This document shows, in pieces, positions 19,457-30,790 of a stretch of DNA of 64,000 nt. The notes beneath the pieces are model-generated. The model was given only the letters and a program-made list of their open reading frames with translations. It was not told where the DNA came from and did not search any database. Position 1 is the stretch's first letter. Every line of letters starts with the position of its first letter. The position numbers and the translations under genes are program-made. The stretch is taken from positions 688,626 to 752,625 of the forward strand of contig JAJREF010000001.1 in assembly GCA_047459655.1 (NCBI GenBank). The letters are read 5' to 3'. This DNA comes from Rhabdochlamydiaceae bacterium. GTDB lineage: Bacteria; Chlamydiota; Chlamydiia; Chlamydiales; Rhabdochlamydiaceae.

Positions 19457-19876
19457 TTTATACCCTTTTTAAGCTGTTCATAAGAGGGCATACAATTGCT
19501 CTCTTGCGTTCCATCCAAAAATAACACTTCTTTTTTGCTGACGACAGCAACATACAAAGCACCTACAAACATGTTGTAGCCCAGCACCTGCTGCAATGCC
19601 TGAGATGTTAATGAAATGGCCTTACATTCGATCATAAGCAGGGGAAACAAAACATGCTCTGGATGGCAGAAAAAACCATAATATCAGCTCTTCTTTCAGG
19701 AACGCGCTCACGCGAATTTTGGAGATGAGGGAGCGTTTTCAACTCTTTTCTACAGCAAATAACTCTTTGGGATACCCTAAGACGTCTATCATCTTTTTAA
19801 GCCACAGCTGGCGCACAATCTCTTCAGGCGTGGCAGCAACCCACTGCTTACGTACGCAGTCATAGATCTGTTTCAT
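19453..19876 (-). CDS. HsdR N-terminal-like (PD-(D/E)xK) protein, frameshifted
   Basis: Manual translation MKQIYDCVRKQWVAATPEEIVRQ; C-terminal part LMIECKA...QVLGYN. Confidence 0.75.
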
Positions 19877-20502
19877 TCGGGCAAGATGATTCCGTAATTC
19901 CCATCTGTTCGGCGATAAATCACTTTCAGCCTACTATCTTCTTCCCCACGAAATAACATAAAGGGGTCTCCTGAGAGCTCCATTTTCATGACAGCCTCAG
20001 CAGAAGTTAGCATCTTCATCGGGCGCGTTTCATTGCCGATTGTCTTGGGTGGGCGGTATTCTTCAAGAGTTGCCTGTTTATTAGCACTCTCAATTTCATC
20101 ATTGATCTCATCGAGATCGGTATAAGGTTTTTGTAGAACACTCACCTGCAGATCAACAACAGATGGTTGTTTTTTATGGTGATCATGGATCTTATCTTTC
20201 CAGCGTCTTAGCTGCCCTTGCAGCTTATCCACTGCTTTATCAATTGACACGTACATATCCGTGCTCGTTGCGCCAACTTTAATTTTAAAATGATTAAACT
20301 TAAGCACGATCATCACAGCATGCTCTAGCTTTTGAATGTCCATTGTCACATGCATATCAAGCACATGGCTATGAAAACGATCTATCTTCGCTAGTTTCTC
20401 CATTGCATACTGCTTCATGGCATTGGTGACAAATACTTGCCTGCCAACAATGGTAATACGATATCCTGCCTCTTCTGCTAGAAACTTAGCTTTATCAACC
20501 AT
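19873..20502 (-). CDS. hpf: ribosome hibernation promoting factor (long HPF)
   Basis: ITIVGRQ..VTNAMKQY, DMYVSIDKAVDKL, C-terminal VIYRRTDGNYG. Confidence 0.9.
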   Translation of the reverse strand: MVDKAKFLAEEAGYRITIVGRQVFVTNAMKQYAMEKLAKIDRFHSHVLDMHVTMDIQKLEHAVMIVLKFNHFKIKVGATSTDMYVSIDKAVDKLQGQLRRWKDKIHDHHKKQPSVVDLQVSVLQKPYTDLDEINDEIESANKQATLEEYRPPKTIGNETRPMKMLTSAEAVMKMELSGDPFMLFRGEEDSRLKVIYRRTDGNYGIILPE

Positions 20503-20597
20503 ATACCCACCTTTTAAGACACACTGCTCGCCTTTTCTCAAATTCTCACTATACGCTTTTCAAGATTTATAAACTAGACTCCTAAAAAAGAGCTCAT

Positions 20598-20671
20598 CGC
20601 ACCGAACAGGACTCGAACCTGTAACCACCCGGTTCGAAGCCGGGTACTCTATCCAATTGAGCTATCAGTGC
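20598..20671 (-). tRNA. tRNA-Arg(TCG)
   Basis: Cloverleaf with CCCGG-CTTCGAA-CCGGG anticodon arm. Confidence 0.95.
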
Positions 20672-20828
20672 ATATCCATTTAACTCCTCACTGGAGGTAA
20701 AGCAAAAGAGTACCAAAGATGAGATTTTGATACCACATAAGAACCCCAAAAGAGACCTTAAATTAAAAATCGAGACCTCTGCACAACTCTGGTAAAACGA
20801 AAAAACCGAAGATTTTTGCTTTTACCAT

Positions 20829-21869
20829 TCACGAAAAACCTTGGCCACTCTTGCCCAAGCCTTCTGAATCTAGAGGCTCTCCTAAAAATGGAGTAGGAGG
20901 GTTAGCCCGATGGGGCTTTCTAATTGGCGATAAAGGAGGTATGGATACATTGCCGCCTGAGTTAAGATTTAATAAGAACTCCGCCATTTCCTTTTTCTGA
21001 GCGAGCTCTTCTTGATAAGGCTCTAAGAGATCTTGATGGAGCTGTAAGATTTGTTGGACATCTTCGAAGGTTGCGGCTGGACCTTTATGAAGATCTATTA
21101 AGCTGCCCAGGCCTTCCAATTCATGACATGCCGCTTCTATCAATGGTATTTCTGTTTGTTTGTATATTCTTATTTCCTCCCCCGCATCTCCTTCGTACTC
21201 TTTTATACTCAATAATTGATCCTTTCTTTCCTGAAGCATTGAATATCTCTTTCTTGCCAGATACTCAATGGATTGGATCGTAGTATCTCTTATATTTAAT
21301 AGCATTTGTTGGGAATCATCAACGAAATGACCAGGCGCACCCTTTACATCTCTACGTAAAGAATCTAGAGCAACGCGCTCTTTACGCAGAGTTTGGAGTC
21401 CCTCATTTAGGTGATTAATAAACCCTCTCAACACTACCAATTCTTCTGGCTTCAAACTCTGACCCTGGTTTGTTTCAATTGTTTGTTTGAGATCCTTCCA
21501 ACATTTTTCTAAAGTTTCATTCTTAGCGATTACAGCTTGAAGCTCACCTTTTTTTAATTCCAGCTCCTCTTGTAAGGAATGTGTTTGAGATTTGAGATCC
21601 TTCCAACATTTTTCTAAAGTTTCATTCTTAGCGATTACAGCTTGAAGCTCACCTTTTTTTAATTCCAGCTCCTCTTGTAAGGAATGTGTTTGAGAGCGGT
21701 AGTACTTAATAACACACACAACAGCTCCTAAGGCCAGGGCTATGGCAGCGCAACCCAGCCCTTGAAAAGAAGAACATCTTCTTAGGGCATTGAAAGCTGT
21801 AGTTGTGATTTCCAAACGCACCTCTGCAGAAGGGATGTAAGCAGCAATACGACTAAAAACTCTTTCCAT
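20829..21869 (-). CDS. hypothetical membrane-anchored coiled-coil protein
   Basis: One hydrophobic segment near the N-terminus, heptad-rich body, Pro-rich tail. Confidence 0.7.
   Translation of the reverse strand: MERVFSRIAAYIPSAEVRLEITTTAFNALRRCSSFQGLGCAAIALALGAVVCVIKYYRSQTHSLQEELELKKGELQAVIAKNETLEKCWKDLKSQTHSLQEELELKKGELQAVIAKNETLEKCWKDLKQTIETNQGQSLKPEELVVLRGFINHLNEGLQTLRKERVALDSLRRDVKGAPGHFVDDSQQMLLNIRDTTIQSIEYLARKRYSMLQERKDQLLSIKEYEGDAGEEIRIYKQTEIPLIEAACHELEGLGSLIDLHKGPAATFEDVQQILQLHQDLLEPYQEELAQKKEMAEFLLNLNSGGNVSIPPLSPIRKPHRANPPTPFLGEPLDSEGLGKSGQGFS
21486..21695. repeat. perfect 105-bp tandem duplication (35 aa x2)
   Basis: SQTHSLQEELELKKGELQAVIAKNETLEKCWKDLK twice; copies at 21486 and 21591. 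Confidence 0.95.
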
Positions 21870-22074
21870 GGAGATCCTATATTTAACTTGGGAGAGATTT
21901 TAAACGACTTAAGCTTTCTATAAAAGCAAGAAGATTGAGAGGGGGGCTCTTGACAAGTTGCCTTCCGAAAGTTCCTGCCAATTTTGGGACCTGTGCACAA
22001 CTCAAATCGAAAAAATTTTCGATTTGCCATAGTTCTTATTTTTGCGAAATCGCTTAGGCAAAAGCCCTTTTGTA

Positions 22075-22683
22075 CTAATTGTCTATAAAAGCAAGAGATA
22101 TTTTACTTTTTAGTTTATCGATCAGGGCGGGGGTTAGAGACATGCTGTGCATTTCTTTGAACGAGCGCGTAAGGGCTAACTGTTTTAAGCTATTCCATTC
22201 TATATCGGTGACAGTGAATGGAAAGAGGTGTGAGCTCTCCCAAGAAAGGAGACCTTCGTGCATCAATAATTTGAGATAAAAAGATCCGATTAATGTAAAA
22301 GTGTCTGTAAAATGAGCAAGCTGAGAAAGGCAGGCAAGGAGCAGGGCATATAATTGGGGAGCTGGCTTACCGGGGAGCTGGGATTTTAAAACAATTTTTA
22401 CCATTTCAGCAGCGGCCTGCAAATGTGGAAGGCTCCTTCTTAAAAAATGGTGGTCATTCAAAATAGTGCCGTCTTGAAGCTTGCATAGATCTGATTTGCC
22501 CTTGGTAAAAAGAAACTCTGCCTGACAGAAGGGAGTTGTAAGAGCAATCTTATTTTGATTTTTAATGTGCTTAGCAATGAGTGCTATTACCCCCTCATGG
22601 GAGGTAAAAACAGTGACAATTCTTTCATTTTCTTTATAATCGAAGGTCTTTAGAACAATCCCCTCTGCGCGCTCTTCTTTCAT
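22075..22683 (-). CDS. recO: DNA repair protein RecO
   Basis: EGIVLKTFDYKENERIVTVFT OB-fold N-terminus; ORF track start extends into the tRNA. Confidence 0.88.
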   Translation of the reverse strand: MKEERAEGIVLKTFDYKENERIVTVFTSHEGVIALIAKHIKNQNKIALTTPFCQAEFLFTKGKSDLCKLQDGTILNDHHFLRRSLPHLQAAAEMVKIVLKSQLPGKPAPQLYALLLACLSQLAHFTDTFTLIGSFYLKLLMHEGLLSWESSHLFPFTVTDIEWNSLKQLALTRSFKEMHSMSLTPALIDKLKSKISLAFIDN

Positions 22684-22720
22684 AGCCGCAGTATAATGCA
22701 CCGTAGGATTTTTAAACGAT

Positions 22721-22802
22721 TGCGAAAGGTGGGACTCGAACCCACACAAGTTTCCCCACTACCACCTCAAGGTAGCGCGTCTGCCAATTCCGCCACTTCC
22801 GC
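22721..22802 (-). tRNA. tRNA-Leu(GAG)
   Basis: CTACC-TTGAGGT-GGTAG anticodon arm, variable arm, TTCGAGTCC. Confidence 0.95.
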
Positions 22803-22885
22803 AAGAATAAATCGATGGAAATCTTATCCGGTCTATTGAAAAGAAATCAACACTTTTAATCAAAAATCAGATATCGTCTGGAATT

Positions 22886-23680
22886 ATGCGATGCACGACC
22901 TACTGTACGGCCTCTACGTATGACATCCCGAGGCTTTTCCAATCTCTGCAAAAATTTGGCTCTGTTCAACTTTTCCGAGACTGTATTCACATTCTGATCA
23001 AAGAAGATAAAAAACCTAAGGGTGATATTTTTTACTTTGCTTATGGGTGCGTGGTTTTCTGGAGCTTTTCAGAAGAAGAAGAGCAGGCGGTTTTATCCTC
23101 TCTGAAAGAGTTTGAAAAAAATTCTAATACTAAATTGGAGATGGATGAATTCACGTTTGTATATGGCGAAGGGATGCATATAGAAGAAGATGAAATCACC
23201 CTCCATACAAAAAACACTTTGACAAAACTCGCCATTTCCCATGGCCTTGCACAGTCTGTGAAGTTAACAACTTTCGAAGATACGATCCAGACTACCATTG
23301 ATAAAACAAAATACCTCCCTGAAGATCTTTCTCTAAAAGGAAAGATTTCAATGTCTCGGAAAGAGATTTCCAAAAAAATGGGAGAGCTATTCATTGAACG
23401 TAACTTCATCAATCTACATTCTGACATTTTAGACACGCCTGAATTTTTCTGGAACTATCCAGAGCTGGAGCCTTTCTACCGCAGAACAGCCCATTATCTC
23501 GATGTCAATAAACGCATAGAAGTGTTGAACAAACGGCTGACCGTTGTGCATGAACTCTTTGAAATCTTAAGCAATGAACTCAACCATCAACACTCTTCCC
23601 GCTTAGAGTGGACTATTATTATCTTGATCGTCATAGAAGTCGTGATTGCCCTTCTGCGTGATCTGTTCCATTTGATCTAA
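22886..23680 (+). CDS. RMD1/DUF155 family protein
   Basis: YGCVVFW, SHGLAQSVKL, DTPEFFW, RLEWTIIILI. Confidence 0.9.
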   Translation: MRCTTYCTASTYDIPRLFQSLQKFGSVQLFRDCIHILIKEDKKPKGDIFYFAYGCVVFWSFSEEEEQAVLSSLKEFEKNSNTKLEMDEFTFVYGEGMHIEEDEITLHTKNTLTKLAISHGLAQSVKLTTFEDTIQTTIDKTKYLPEDLSLKGKISMSRKEISKKMGELFIERNFINLHSDILDTPEFFWNYPELEPFYRRTAHYLDVNKRIEVLNKRLTVVHELFEILSNELNHQHSSRLEWTIIILIVIEVVIALLRDLFHLI

Positions 23681-23691
23681 TAGAAACCTTT

Positions 23692-24711
23692 CTAATAACT
23701 ACTTTTATCTAGTTTTACTTTGCCGCGGAAGAGGCGGTAAACGTAGACACCGTAAGCAAAGACGAGAGGAAGGCCTATTGCAACAATAATGAGCAAAACT
23801 TTGAGTGTGAGATCGGATGAGACAGCATTAGCCACGATGAGGCTGTTTGCTTCAGGATCAATGCTAGAACGGATGAGCATTGGAAATGTTCCAATTGCAA
23901 AAAGAACTGTTAACATGGCAATGCTTAGGCAAGAATAGATAAAAGCCCACCCATCTCTTCCTTTATACATCTGGAGAGGAATATTGACGATCATCCCAAA
24001 AGCAACGAGAGGAATCAATACCAGCCAGGGACTCTCATGCAAGAATGCAAGCATATGGGGCATATAAAACTGCGTGATAAGCGTTGTGGTTACATAACAT
24101 ACAATAAACACGAAAATTGTTTTTTTGACCCATCTTCTCAAGCGATGGTGAAGCGCGCCTTCCGTCTTCATGACAAGATAAATGGCTCCATGCATCATAA
24201 AAAGAGCAAGGGTAGTGATGCCTACCAAAATAGAATAAGGGTTGAAAAAACCGCTGAAGGATCCAACAAAATCTCTATGTGAATCCAAGGGGATACCTAC
24301 AATAAGGTTGCCGACAACAAGGCCTACTCCAAAAGCGATAATAACGCTACCTGCAAAAAAAACACTATCCCATAGCTTGCGCCATCTAGGAGATTCTAAC
24401 TTACTGCGAAATTCAATACCCGCTGCCCGAAAAATCAAAGCAGCTAGCAAGATCATTACGAGGTTATAAAAGGCAGAAAAAATGGTGGCATAGGCTTCTG
24501 GAAATCCTGCAAATAAAGCCCCCCCAACGATCACTAGCCAAACTTCATTTCCATCCCAGACAGGACCGATGGCGTTTAAAAATACGCGTCTATCCGTATC
24601 TTTTTTTGCAAACAGGTGGAGGGAGCCAACTCCTAAATCAAAACCATCTAACATCGCATAACAAACCATGCAGGCAATTACAACAATGTACCAAAGATCT
24701 CCTAAGTTCAT
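23692..24711 (-). CDS. cydB: cytochrome bd oxidase subunit II
   Basis: LDGFDLGVG, IGPVWDGNEVWL. Confidence 0.96.
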   Translation of the reverse strand: MNLGDLWYIVVIACMVCYAMLDGFDLGVGSLHLFAKKDTDRRVFLNAIGPVWDGNEVWLVIVGGALFAGFPEAYATIFSAFYNLVMILLAALIFRAAGIEFRSKLESPRWRKLWDSVFFAGSVIIAFGVGLVVGNLIVGIPLDSHRDFVGSFSGFFNPYSILVGITTLALFMMHGAIYLVMKTEGALHHRLRRWVKKTIFVFIVCYVTTTLITQFYMPHMLAFLHESPWLVLIPLVAFGMIVNIPLQMYKGRDGWAFIYSCLSIAMLTVLFAIGTFPMLIRSSIDPEANSLIVANAVSSDLTLKVLLIIVAIGLPLVFAYGVYVYRLFRGKVKLDKSSY

Positions 24712-26076
24712 TGGACCTCTTGTGTACCAAGGTTTTGATAGATGACATCATCATTTTCAGCACCTTCTACAGGACCATGTTTAATTTTACGGTCGAGAAG
24801 AAAAATAAAAAGCCCAAAGAGCAGGCAATAGATAATAATAAACATGATGATCGATCCTACCACTTGAGGAGCCTGGATAGATTTAGAAACCCCATCGACG
24901 GTTTTTAAAAGTCCATAGACGATCCAAGGCTGCCTGCCGACTTCAGCCGTGATCCACCCTACTTGGTTGGCAACTTGGGGGAAAAGAACTGAGATAAGGA
25001 GAAGGCGGAGTGTCCACTTGCTTTTTTCTAGACTTTTTTCTCCAAAAGAAAAATCCCATTCCTGCAGCAAGAGCCATCAAGCCCCACATGAGAACCATCA
25101 TATGGTAAGACTGGAAAGTAAGCTGTATAGGAGGCCTTTCATCTGCAGGAATCTGATCAAAGCCCGTTACAGGTGTCTCCAAATCACGAGAAGTAAGTAA
25201 GCTGAGCATCTTAGGAATTTGAACACCGACAACTTTTTGATTTGCTTCATCGACCCATCCAAAGAGTGTGATGGGCGTCCCAGGTTCTGTGTGATAGACG
25301 CCTTCCATTGCAGCAAATTTTGAAGGTTGATTTTTAGCCACTCCCCTTGCCGTCGAATCAGCAGATATCAGCTGCAGCACAAGCGTGATTAAGGTGGTAA
25401 TAAGCCCGATCTTCATAGAAATACGCGCAAAGGGAAGGTGTGTTTTTTTCAGAAAATAATAGGCACTCACACTTAACACAAGACAAGAGCCTGCTAGCCA
25501 ACATCCTAAAATGACATGGATCACTCTATCAACAGATGTAGGATTAAAAATCATGCCCCAAAAATCTGTAACGATTGCTTTCGCATCTTCTCCCGCCCCT
25601 ACAATTTTATACGCAGTCGGTGTCTGCATCCAAGAATTAGCAACGACGATCCAGATCGCACTAAAATGCGCTCCGAGGGTAACTAGAATTGTAGCCAGGT
25701 AATGCATCTTTGCACTCACCCTTTCCCACCCAAATAACATCACGCCCAAAAATCCTGCTTCGAGGAAAAAAGCAAAGATCCCTTCTGCTGCCAAAGCACT
25801 ACCAAATACGTCCCCGACAAAGCGTGAGTACCTTGCCCAATTTGTTCCAAAGCCAAAAACCTGCACAAGGCCTGTTGCAACTCCTAGCGCAAATGTTAAG
25901 GCAAAGATCTTCACCCAAAATTTCGTGATGGTTTTATAGAGAGGATTTTTTGTTTTAATATACATCCCTTCTACGATGACTAGTACCAGCCCTAAACCAA
26001 TGCTTAAGGGTGGATAGATGTAGTGAAACATGCTGGTGAGTGCGAACTGGATTCTTGAAAGAAAAACAACGTCCAT
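24708..26076 (-). CDS. cydA: cytochrome bd oxidase subunit I, frameshift near 25040
   Basis: [39 protein letters not shown] in the second fragment. Confidence 0.95.
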
Positions 26077-26103
26077 AAAAAAAGATTACTAGAACGGATA
26101 ATT

Positions 26104-27063
26104 TTAAGATAGCCCGGCGTGAATGATATCATGCATGCGTAGAAGGCCCACGACTTTGTTATTATCTAAAACAGGCGTGACCATGATCCATTTTTTAGGG
26201 TCTTTTTGCATGACTTTGAGAGCATCCCATGCTAGATCATTGCTTTGAACAACGATAGCGGTGCGAGTCATGAGCTCTGCAACTGTCTTTTCGAGAATAT
26301 CAGAGCCGAGCCTCTGTAGAGATCTGCGTAAATCGCCATCTGTAAAAATTCCAAGGAAGGAATCTTTTTCTCCTGTTACAACTAAGCAACCACATTTTTT
26401 ATTGGTTAGTTCTGTTAGAACGTCTGCGACTTTGTCCTCAGGCTTGCAAAAAGGCACATGAGAGCCTTTCATCATGAGATCTTCTACTTTTAAGAGTATT
26501 TTTTTTCCGATCGAGCCAGAGGGGTGGTTGTCCCCGTAGTCACTTAAAGTAAAGTTGCGGGCCTTCATAAGAGCAACAGACAAAACATCCCCAAATAACA
26601 GTTGTACTTCTGTAGAGGTCGTCGGCGCTAAGTCAAAGGGGCAAAGTTCTCTATCAACGGGAAGGCAGAGAGCTAGGTCTGCTTGTTGCGATAGACGGCT
26701 CTGCAAGTTGGATACAATTGCAATTATCTTAGCAGCTTTCTTCCTGATGAAGGGTATTAATGCAATCAGCTCTTCTGTCTCTCCACTTTTAGAAAAGAGA
26801 AGAACGGTGTCATCTTGGGATAGAATACCGATATCACCGTGCAAAAAATTCACAGAAGGAAGGTATAAAGCTTTTGTCCCTGTTGAGATAAGCGTCATGG
26901 CAATTTTTTCTGCAATCATGCCACTCTTGCCAATCCCAGTTAAAACAAGAAAGCCTTTTGTCTGCAAACAACTCTCTACAACTTTCTCTACTTGCGCAAT
27001 ATCGATTGCACTAAAGAAATGCTGGATAGACTGCTGTTGCTGTGTAAATAATTCTCTTAACAT
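26104..27063 (-). CDS. kdsD: arabinose-5-phosphate isomerase (SIS + 2 CBS)
   Basis: GIGKSG, HGDIG, SKSGET, APTTST, HPSG. Confidence 0.92.
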   Translation of the reverse strand: MLRELFTQQQQSIQHFFSAIDIAQVEKVVESCLQTKGFLVLTGIGKSGMIAEKIAMTLISTGTKALYLPSVNFLHGDIGILSQDDTVLLFSKSGETEELIALIPFIRKKAAKIIAIVSNLQSRLSQQADLALCLPVDRELCPFDLAPTTSTEVQLLFGDVLSVALMKARNFTLSDYGDNHPSGSIGKKILLKVEDLMMKGSHVPFCKPEDKVADVLTELTNKKCGCLVVTGEKDSFLGIFTDGDLRRSLQRLGSDILEKTVAELMTRTAIVVQSNDLAWDALKVMQKDPKKWIMVTPVLDNNKVVGLLRMHDIIHAGLS

Positions 27064-27164
27064 ATGTGTAACCTATTGTAAAAGATCGACGATTTTTATA
27101 CACAAACAACTTATAGCTCGTGAAAAATTAAAAAATTTATTATATTTACTTTAGGAGATCTAGC

Positions 27165-28603
27165 ATGAAACACACGATAGCTGTCGCTTATGGAGATGGA
27201 ATTGGGCCTGAAATCATGAAAGCTGTTCTTTTTATTTTGAAAGAAGCGGGCGCACAGCTAGAGCTCCAGGAAATCGAGATTGGGGAAAAGGTATACAATA
27301 GAGGCATGAAAACGGGAATAGAGCCGAGCAGCTGGGAGATCATCCGCAAGGCAAAAGCCTTTCTCAAAGCCCCCATTACAACACCTCAGGGTGGCGGTTT
27401 TACAAGCCTGAATGTCACTGTGCGAACAACGATGGGCCTTTTTGCAAATATCCGCCCTTGTGTTGCATATTTTCCTTTTGTAAGCACAAAACACCCCAAA
27501 TGGACTTGGTGATTGTAAGAGAAAATGAAGAGGATCTCTACTCAGGGATTGAATACAGACAAACACCGGATGTGATGTGCTCTCACAAAATCATTTCACG
27601 ACAAGGCTCTGAAAAAATCATTCGATATGCCTTTGAGTACGCGCGCCATCATGGAAGAAAAAAGGTTACCTGTTTTATCAAAGATAACATCATGAAGTTT
27701 TCCGACGGCTTATTTCATGCGATATTTGATACAATCGCTAAGGAATACCCTGACATTCAAAATGAGAGCTGGATTGTTGACATTGGCGCTGCCAAGCTAG
27801 CCGATACCCCTGAGATTTTTGATGTGATTGTGATGCCTAACCTATATGGTGATATTCTTTCTGATGTCGCAGCGCAAATTTCTGGATCAGTCGGCCTTGC
27901 AGGCTCTTCCAACATTGGGAATCATGGAGCGATGTTTGAAGCAATCCACGGCTCTGCTCCCAAACGAGCAGGGCAAAATGTTGCAAACCCCTCAGGCCTA
28001 CTCCAAGGAAGCATCATGATGCTTGCCTATCTCAATGAATCAGAAATTGCAACGCGTGTCCACGAAGCTTGGCTTTGCACCCTAGAGCAAGGGATTCATA
28101 CCTATGACATCTTCAATGAAAAAACAAGCACTCTTAAGGTGGGAACCAAAGAATTTGCAGAGGCCGTGGTAAAAAACTTAGGAAATAGCCCTAAAAAGCT
28201 CAAAAGCCCCATTTATAAATCGGCTACAAAAATCGTGGCTCTCTCCCCTGAGCACCCAACCAAATGTAAACGAGAACTTATAGGTGTTGATCTTTTTATC
28301 TACGCCAAAGAAACGGCAAAAAAATTTGAGGAAAAGATGTGCGAGCTAAACCCCACACCTCTTAAACTTCAGATGATCTCTAACCGAGGAGCGCGCATTT
28401 GGCCCGATGGGCATCCTGAAACATTTTGCATCGAGCAGTGGCGCTGCAGGTTCTTCCATAAAGAGAAAAACCACGCTGTATCTCACCAAGAGATCCGCCA
28501 TCTTTTAGAAAATTTAGAAAAATCAGGCTACGATGTTTTCAAAACAGAAAACCTCTACCTTTTTGATGGAAAGCCTGGATTTTCTTCTGCGCAGCCTATT
28601 TAG
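27165..28603 (+). CDS. icd: NADP-dependent isocitrate dehydrogenase, frameshift near 27500
   Basis: GDGIGPEI, KAPITTPQGGG, RENEEDLY, NLYGDILSD, FEAIHGSAP. Confidence 0.93.
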
Positions 28604-29790
28604 GTCGTCTGATCTTTCTCTAAATGCTCTTTGAGTGCCTTCAGAAAGCCGCAGCCATACATCCCGTCTAACACCCTATGGTCGAAAGAGAGTGAGATAT
28701 TCATCATCGAGCGTACTCCAAAGAGATCATCCTCTAGCACAACCACCTTCTTGTGGATGGCGCCCATACCAACAATCGCAACTTCTGTATGCCGGATGAT
28801 GGGAATCCCAATTTCCACACCTGAGATCCCGAAATTCGTGAGAGTGATCGTACCATCTTGCACTTCGTGAGGAGCCAGAGTGCCTGCACGGGCGCGGGAA
28901 GAAAGGTCCCCGATATTTTTTGCCATTTCTGCAAAAGAAATCGTCTGACAATTTTTGACAACAGGCACCATGATGCCTTGGTCAACACTCACCGCAATGC
29001 CAATATTTACAAAACGTTTGACGCAAATGGTATCCCCTTCTAACGAAGAGTTAAGAAGAGGATATTCCCTTAAGGCTTTAGCAATAGCTCGTGCAGCAAA
29101 AGCTGTAATAGTCAGTTTAACCCCGTTTTTGGCCAAAAAGGCCTCTTTTTCTTTTTGGATTAACTTGACAATGTCTGTGACATCGACTTCTGTGATGAGC
29201 GTGGCATGCGGGGCTTCATAAAAAGAGCGCACCATGTTGTCAGCAATCGCTTTACGCATCCCACTCATTTTCACACGTTCAATATCGGGAGCATTGCTCT
29301 GTTTAAAAGGGCAATTTTTCTCAGGCGGTTTTTTATTTTCTAAGTAGATCTCCACATCTCTTTTTGTAAGTCTTCCGGCAGCGCCTGTCGAGGGAATTCT
29401 TTCTAATTCTTCTAGGGAGATTCCCTGTTCACGGGCAAGTCTAAGAAGAGCTGGGGAAAATACATCTTTCATATCTCCTGTGGTAGTCGCAGGGCTCGGT
29501 TGTTTTTGAATAGCAGCTTGAAGAGGTGCGTCTGCGTGATGCCCTGCATGTAGTTGAATCGTTGCTAATAGATCACCGACTTGGAGCTCTTGATCAGGAG
29601 CCGCTGTAATACTCGTAATCACACCTGCAGCGGGAGCGGGAATCTCACTATTTACTTTATCGGTTGACACTTCTAGAAGAGGTTCATCTAAATTAACGGT
29701 GTCCCCTTCTTTTTTAAACCACTGAACAATTGTTGCGCTGACAATACTTTCTCCAAGCTTAGGGAGAGTCACTTTGTATTCTTCACTCAT
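28600..29790 (-). CDS. dihydrolipoamide acyltransferase E2 of a 2-oxoacid dehydrogenase
   Basis: Lipoyl EVSTDKV, E3-binding domain, DHRVLDG. Confidence 0.92.
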   Translation of the reverse strand: MSEEYKVTLPKLGESIVSATIVQWFKKEGDTVNLDEPLLEVSTDKVNSEIPAPAAGVITSITAAPDQELQVGDLLATIQLHAGHHADAPLQAAIQKQPSPATTTGDMKDVFSPALLRLAREQGISLEELERIPSTGAAGRLTKRDVEIYLENKKPPEKNCPFKQSNAPDIERVKMSGMRKAIADNMVRSFYEAPHATLITEVDVTDIVKLIQKEKEAFLAKNGVKLTITAFAARAIAKALREYPLLNSSLEGDTICVKRFVNIGIAVSVDQGIMVPVVKNCQTISFAEMAKNIGDLSSRARAGTLAPHEVQDGTITLTNFGISGVEIGIPIIRHTEVAIVGMGAIHKKVVVLEDDLFGVRSMMNISLSFDHRVLDGMYGCGFLKALKEHLEKDQTT

Positions 29791-30790
29791 AAAGACGCCT
29801 TTTTAATTTTTGCCACTCTTCCTTTCCCGATACAATCTCAAACTCTCCTTGGAGAGGTAAAATCGGTAATGAGCAGGAAAATTGGCGTGGGATTTTTACA
29901 TAATCTTTTTGGGTACACACGATAGCATCTGCACCCGACTTTTGTGCAAACAAAGATAATTCTTCGGGCAAAAAGGGGTCATGATCAGGTTTAAAAAAAG
30001 TAGATAGCACCTCAGCACCCGCATCCTTGACCGATTGCAAAAAGCGTGTTGGTTTTCCAATTGCACAAAATACACCAACCCGTTTTCCCTTTAAATTCTC
30101 TTGTAGCTTCATTCTCACAAACATAAGAGGAGCGTTCGTGTAAGAAGAGAGCTTTTCTTTAATTTTTTTATGGCACTTAGCGTCATTGACTACAATAAGA
30201 GCAGCTTTTTTTAAGCGCCCGGGATTATCTCTCAGTAGCCCTCTGGGAAGAAAGTACCCTTTGCCAAAAAGATCTTCCCCATCCATCACTACAATTTCCA
30301 TATCTCGCTGAAGATCGCGGTACTGCATTCCATCATCAAGGATCAGCACCTCTGCTCCTTTTTCAATAGCTCTATTAGCGGAGGCAACTCGATTTTTACC
30401 GACCCATATGGCAACTTGCGGAAGCTCACAGGCAAGCCAAAAAGGCTCATCTCCACACATCTCAACAGGAGTTTCTGCATGGATGCAAAGAACATCTCCA
30501 GAATTCTCTACTTTTGATCTGTAGCCTCTTGATAAAACAGCCACTTTTAATGTTTTAGATAGTTCTTGTGCTAACATTTTAACAAGGGGAGTCTTCCCCG
30601 TTCCACCAGCCACAATATTGCCAACAGAGATCACAGGAACTTTCACTTTGGCAGATGAACAAATTTTTGTATCATAAGCTAAGTTGCGAAGAGCTACTCC
30701 TCCTTGGTAAAGATAGCTCAGTGCATGTAAAAGAGTTTTTCCCTTCCTCTTTCCATCCATCACCTCCAACACATAGCTCTCAAGTGTCAT
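29783..30790 (-). CDS. lpxK: tetraacyldisaccharide 4'-kinase
   Basis: SVGNIVAGGTGKTP, LSRGY, GDEP, DDGMQ. Confidence 0.95.
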   Translation of the reverse strand: MTLESYVLEVMDGKRKGKTLLHALSYLYQGGVALRNLAYDTKICSSAKVKVPVISVGNIVAGGTGKTPLVKMLAQELSKTLKVAVLSRGYRSKVENSGDVLCIHAETPVEMCGDEPFWLACELPQVAIWVGKNRVASANRAIEKGAEVLILDDGMQYRDLQRDMEIVVMDGEDLFGKGYFLPRGLLRDNPGRLKKAALIVVNDAKCHKKIKEKLSSYTNAPLMFVRMKLQENLKGKRVGVFCAIGKPTRFLQSVKDAGAEVLSTFFKPDHDPFLPEELSLFAQKSGADAIVCTQKDYVKIPRQFSCSLPILPLQGEFEIVSGKEEWQKLKRRLYE

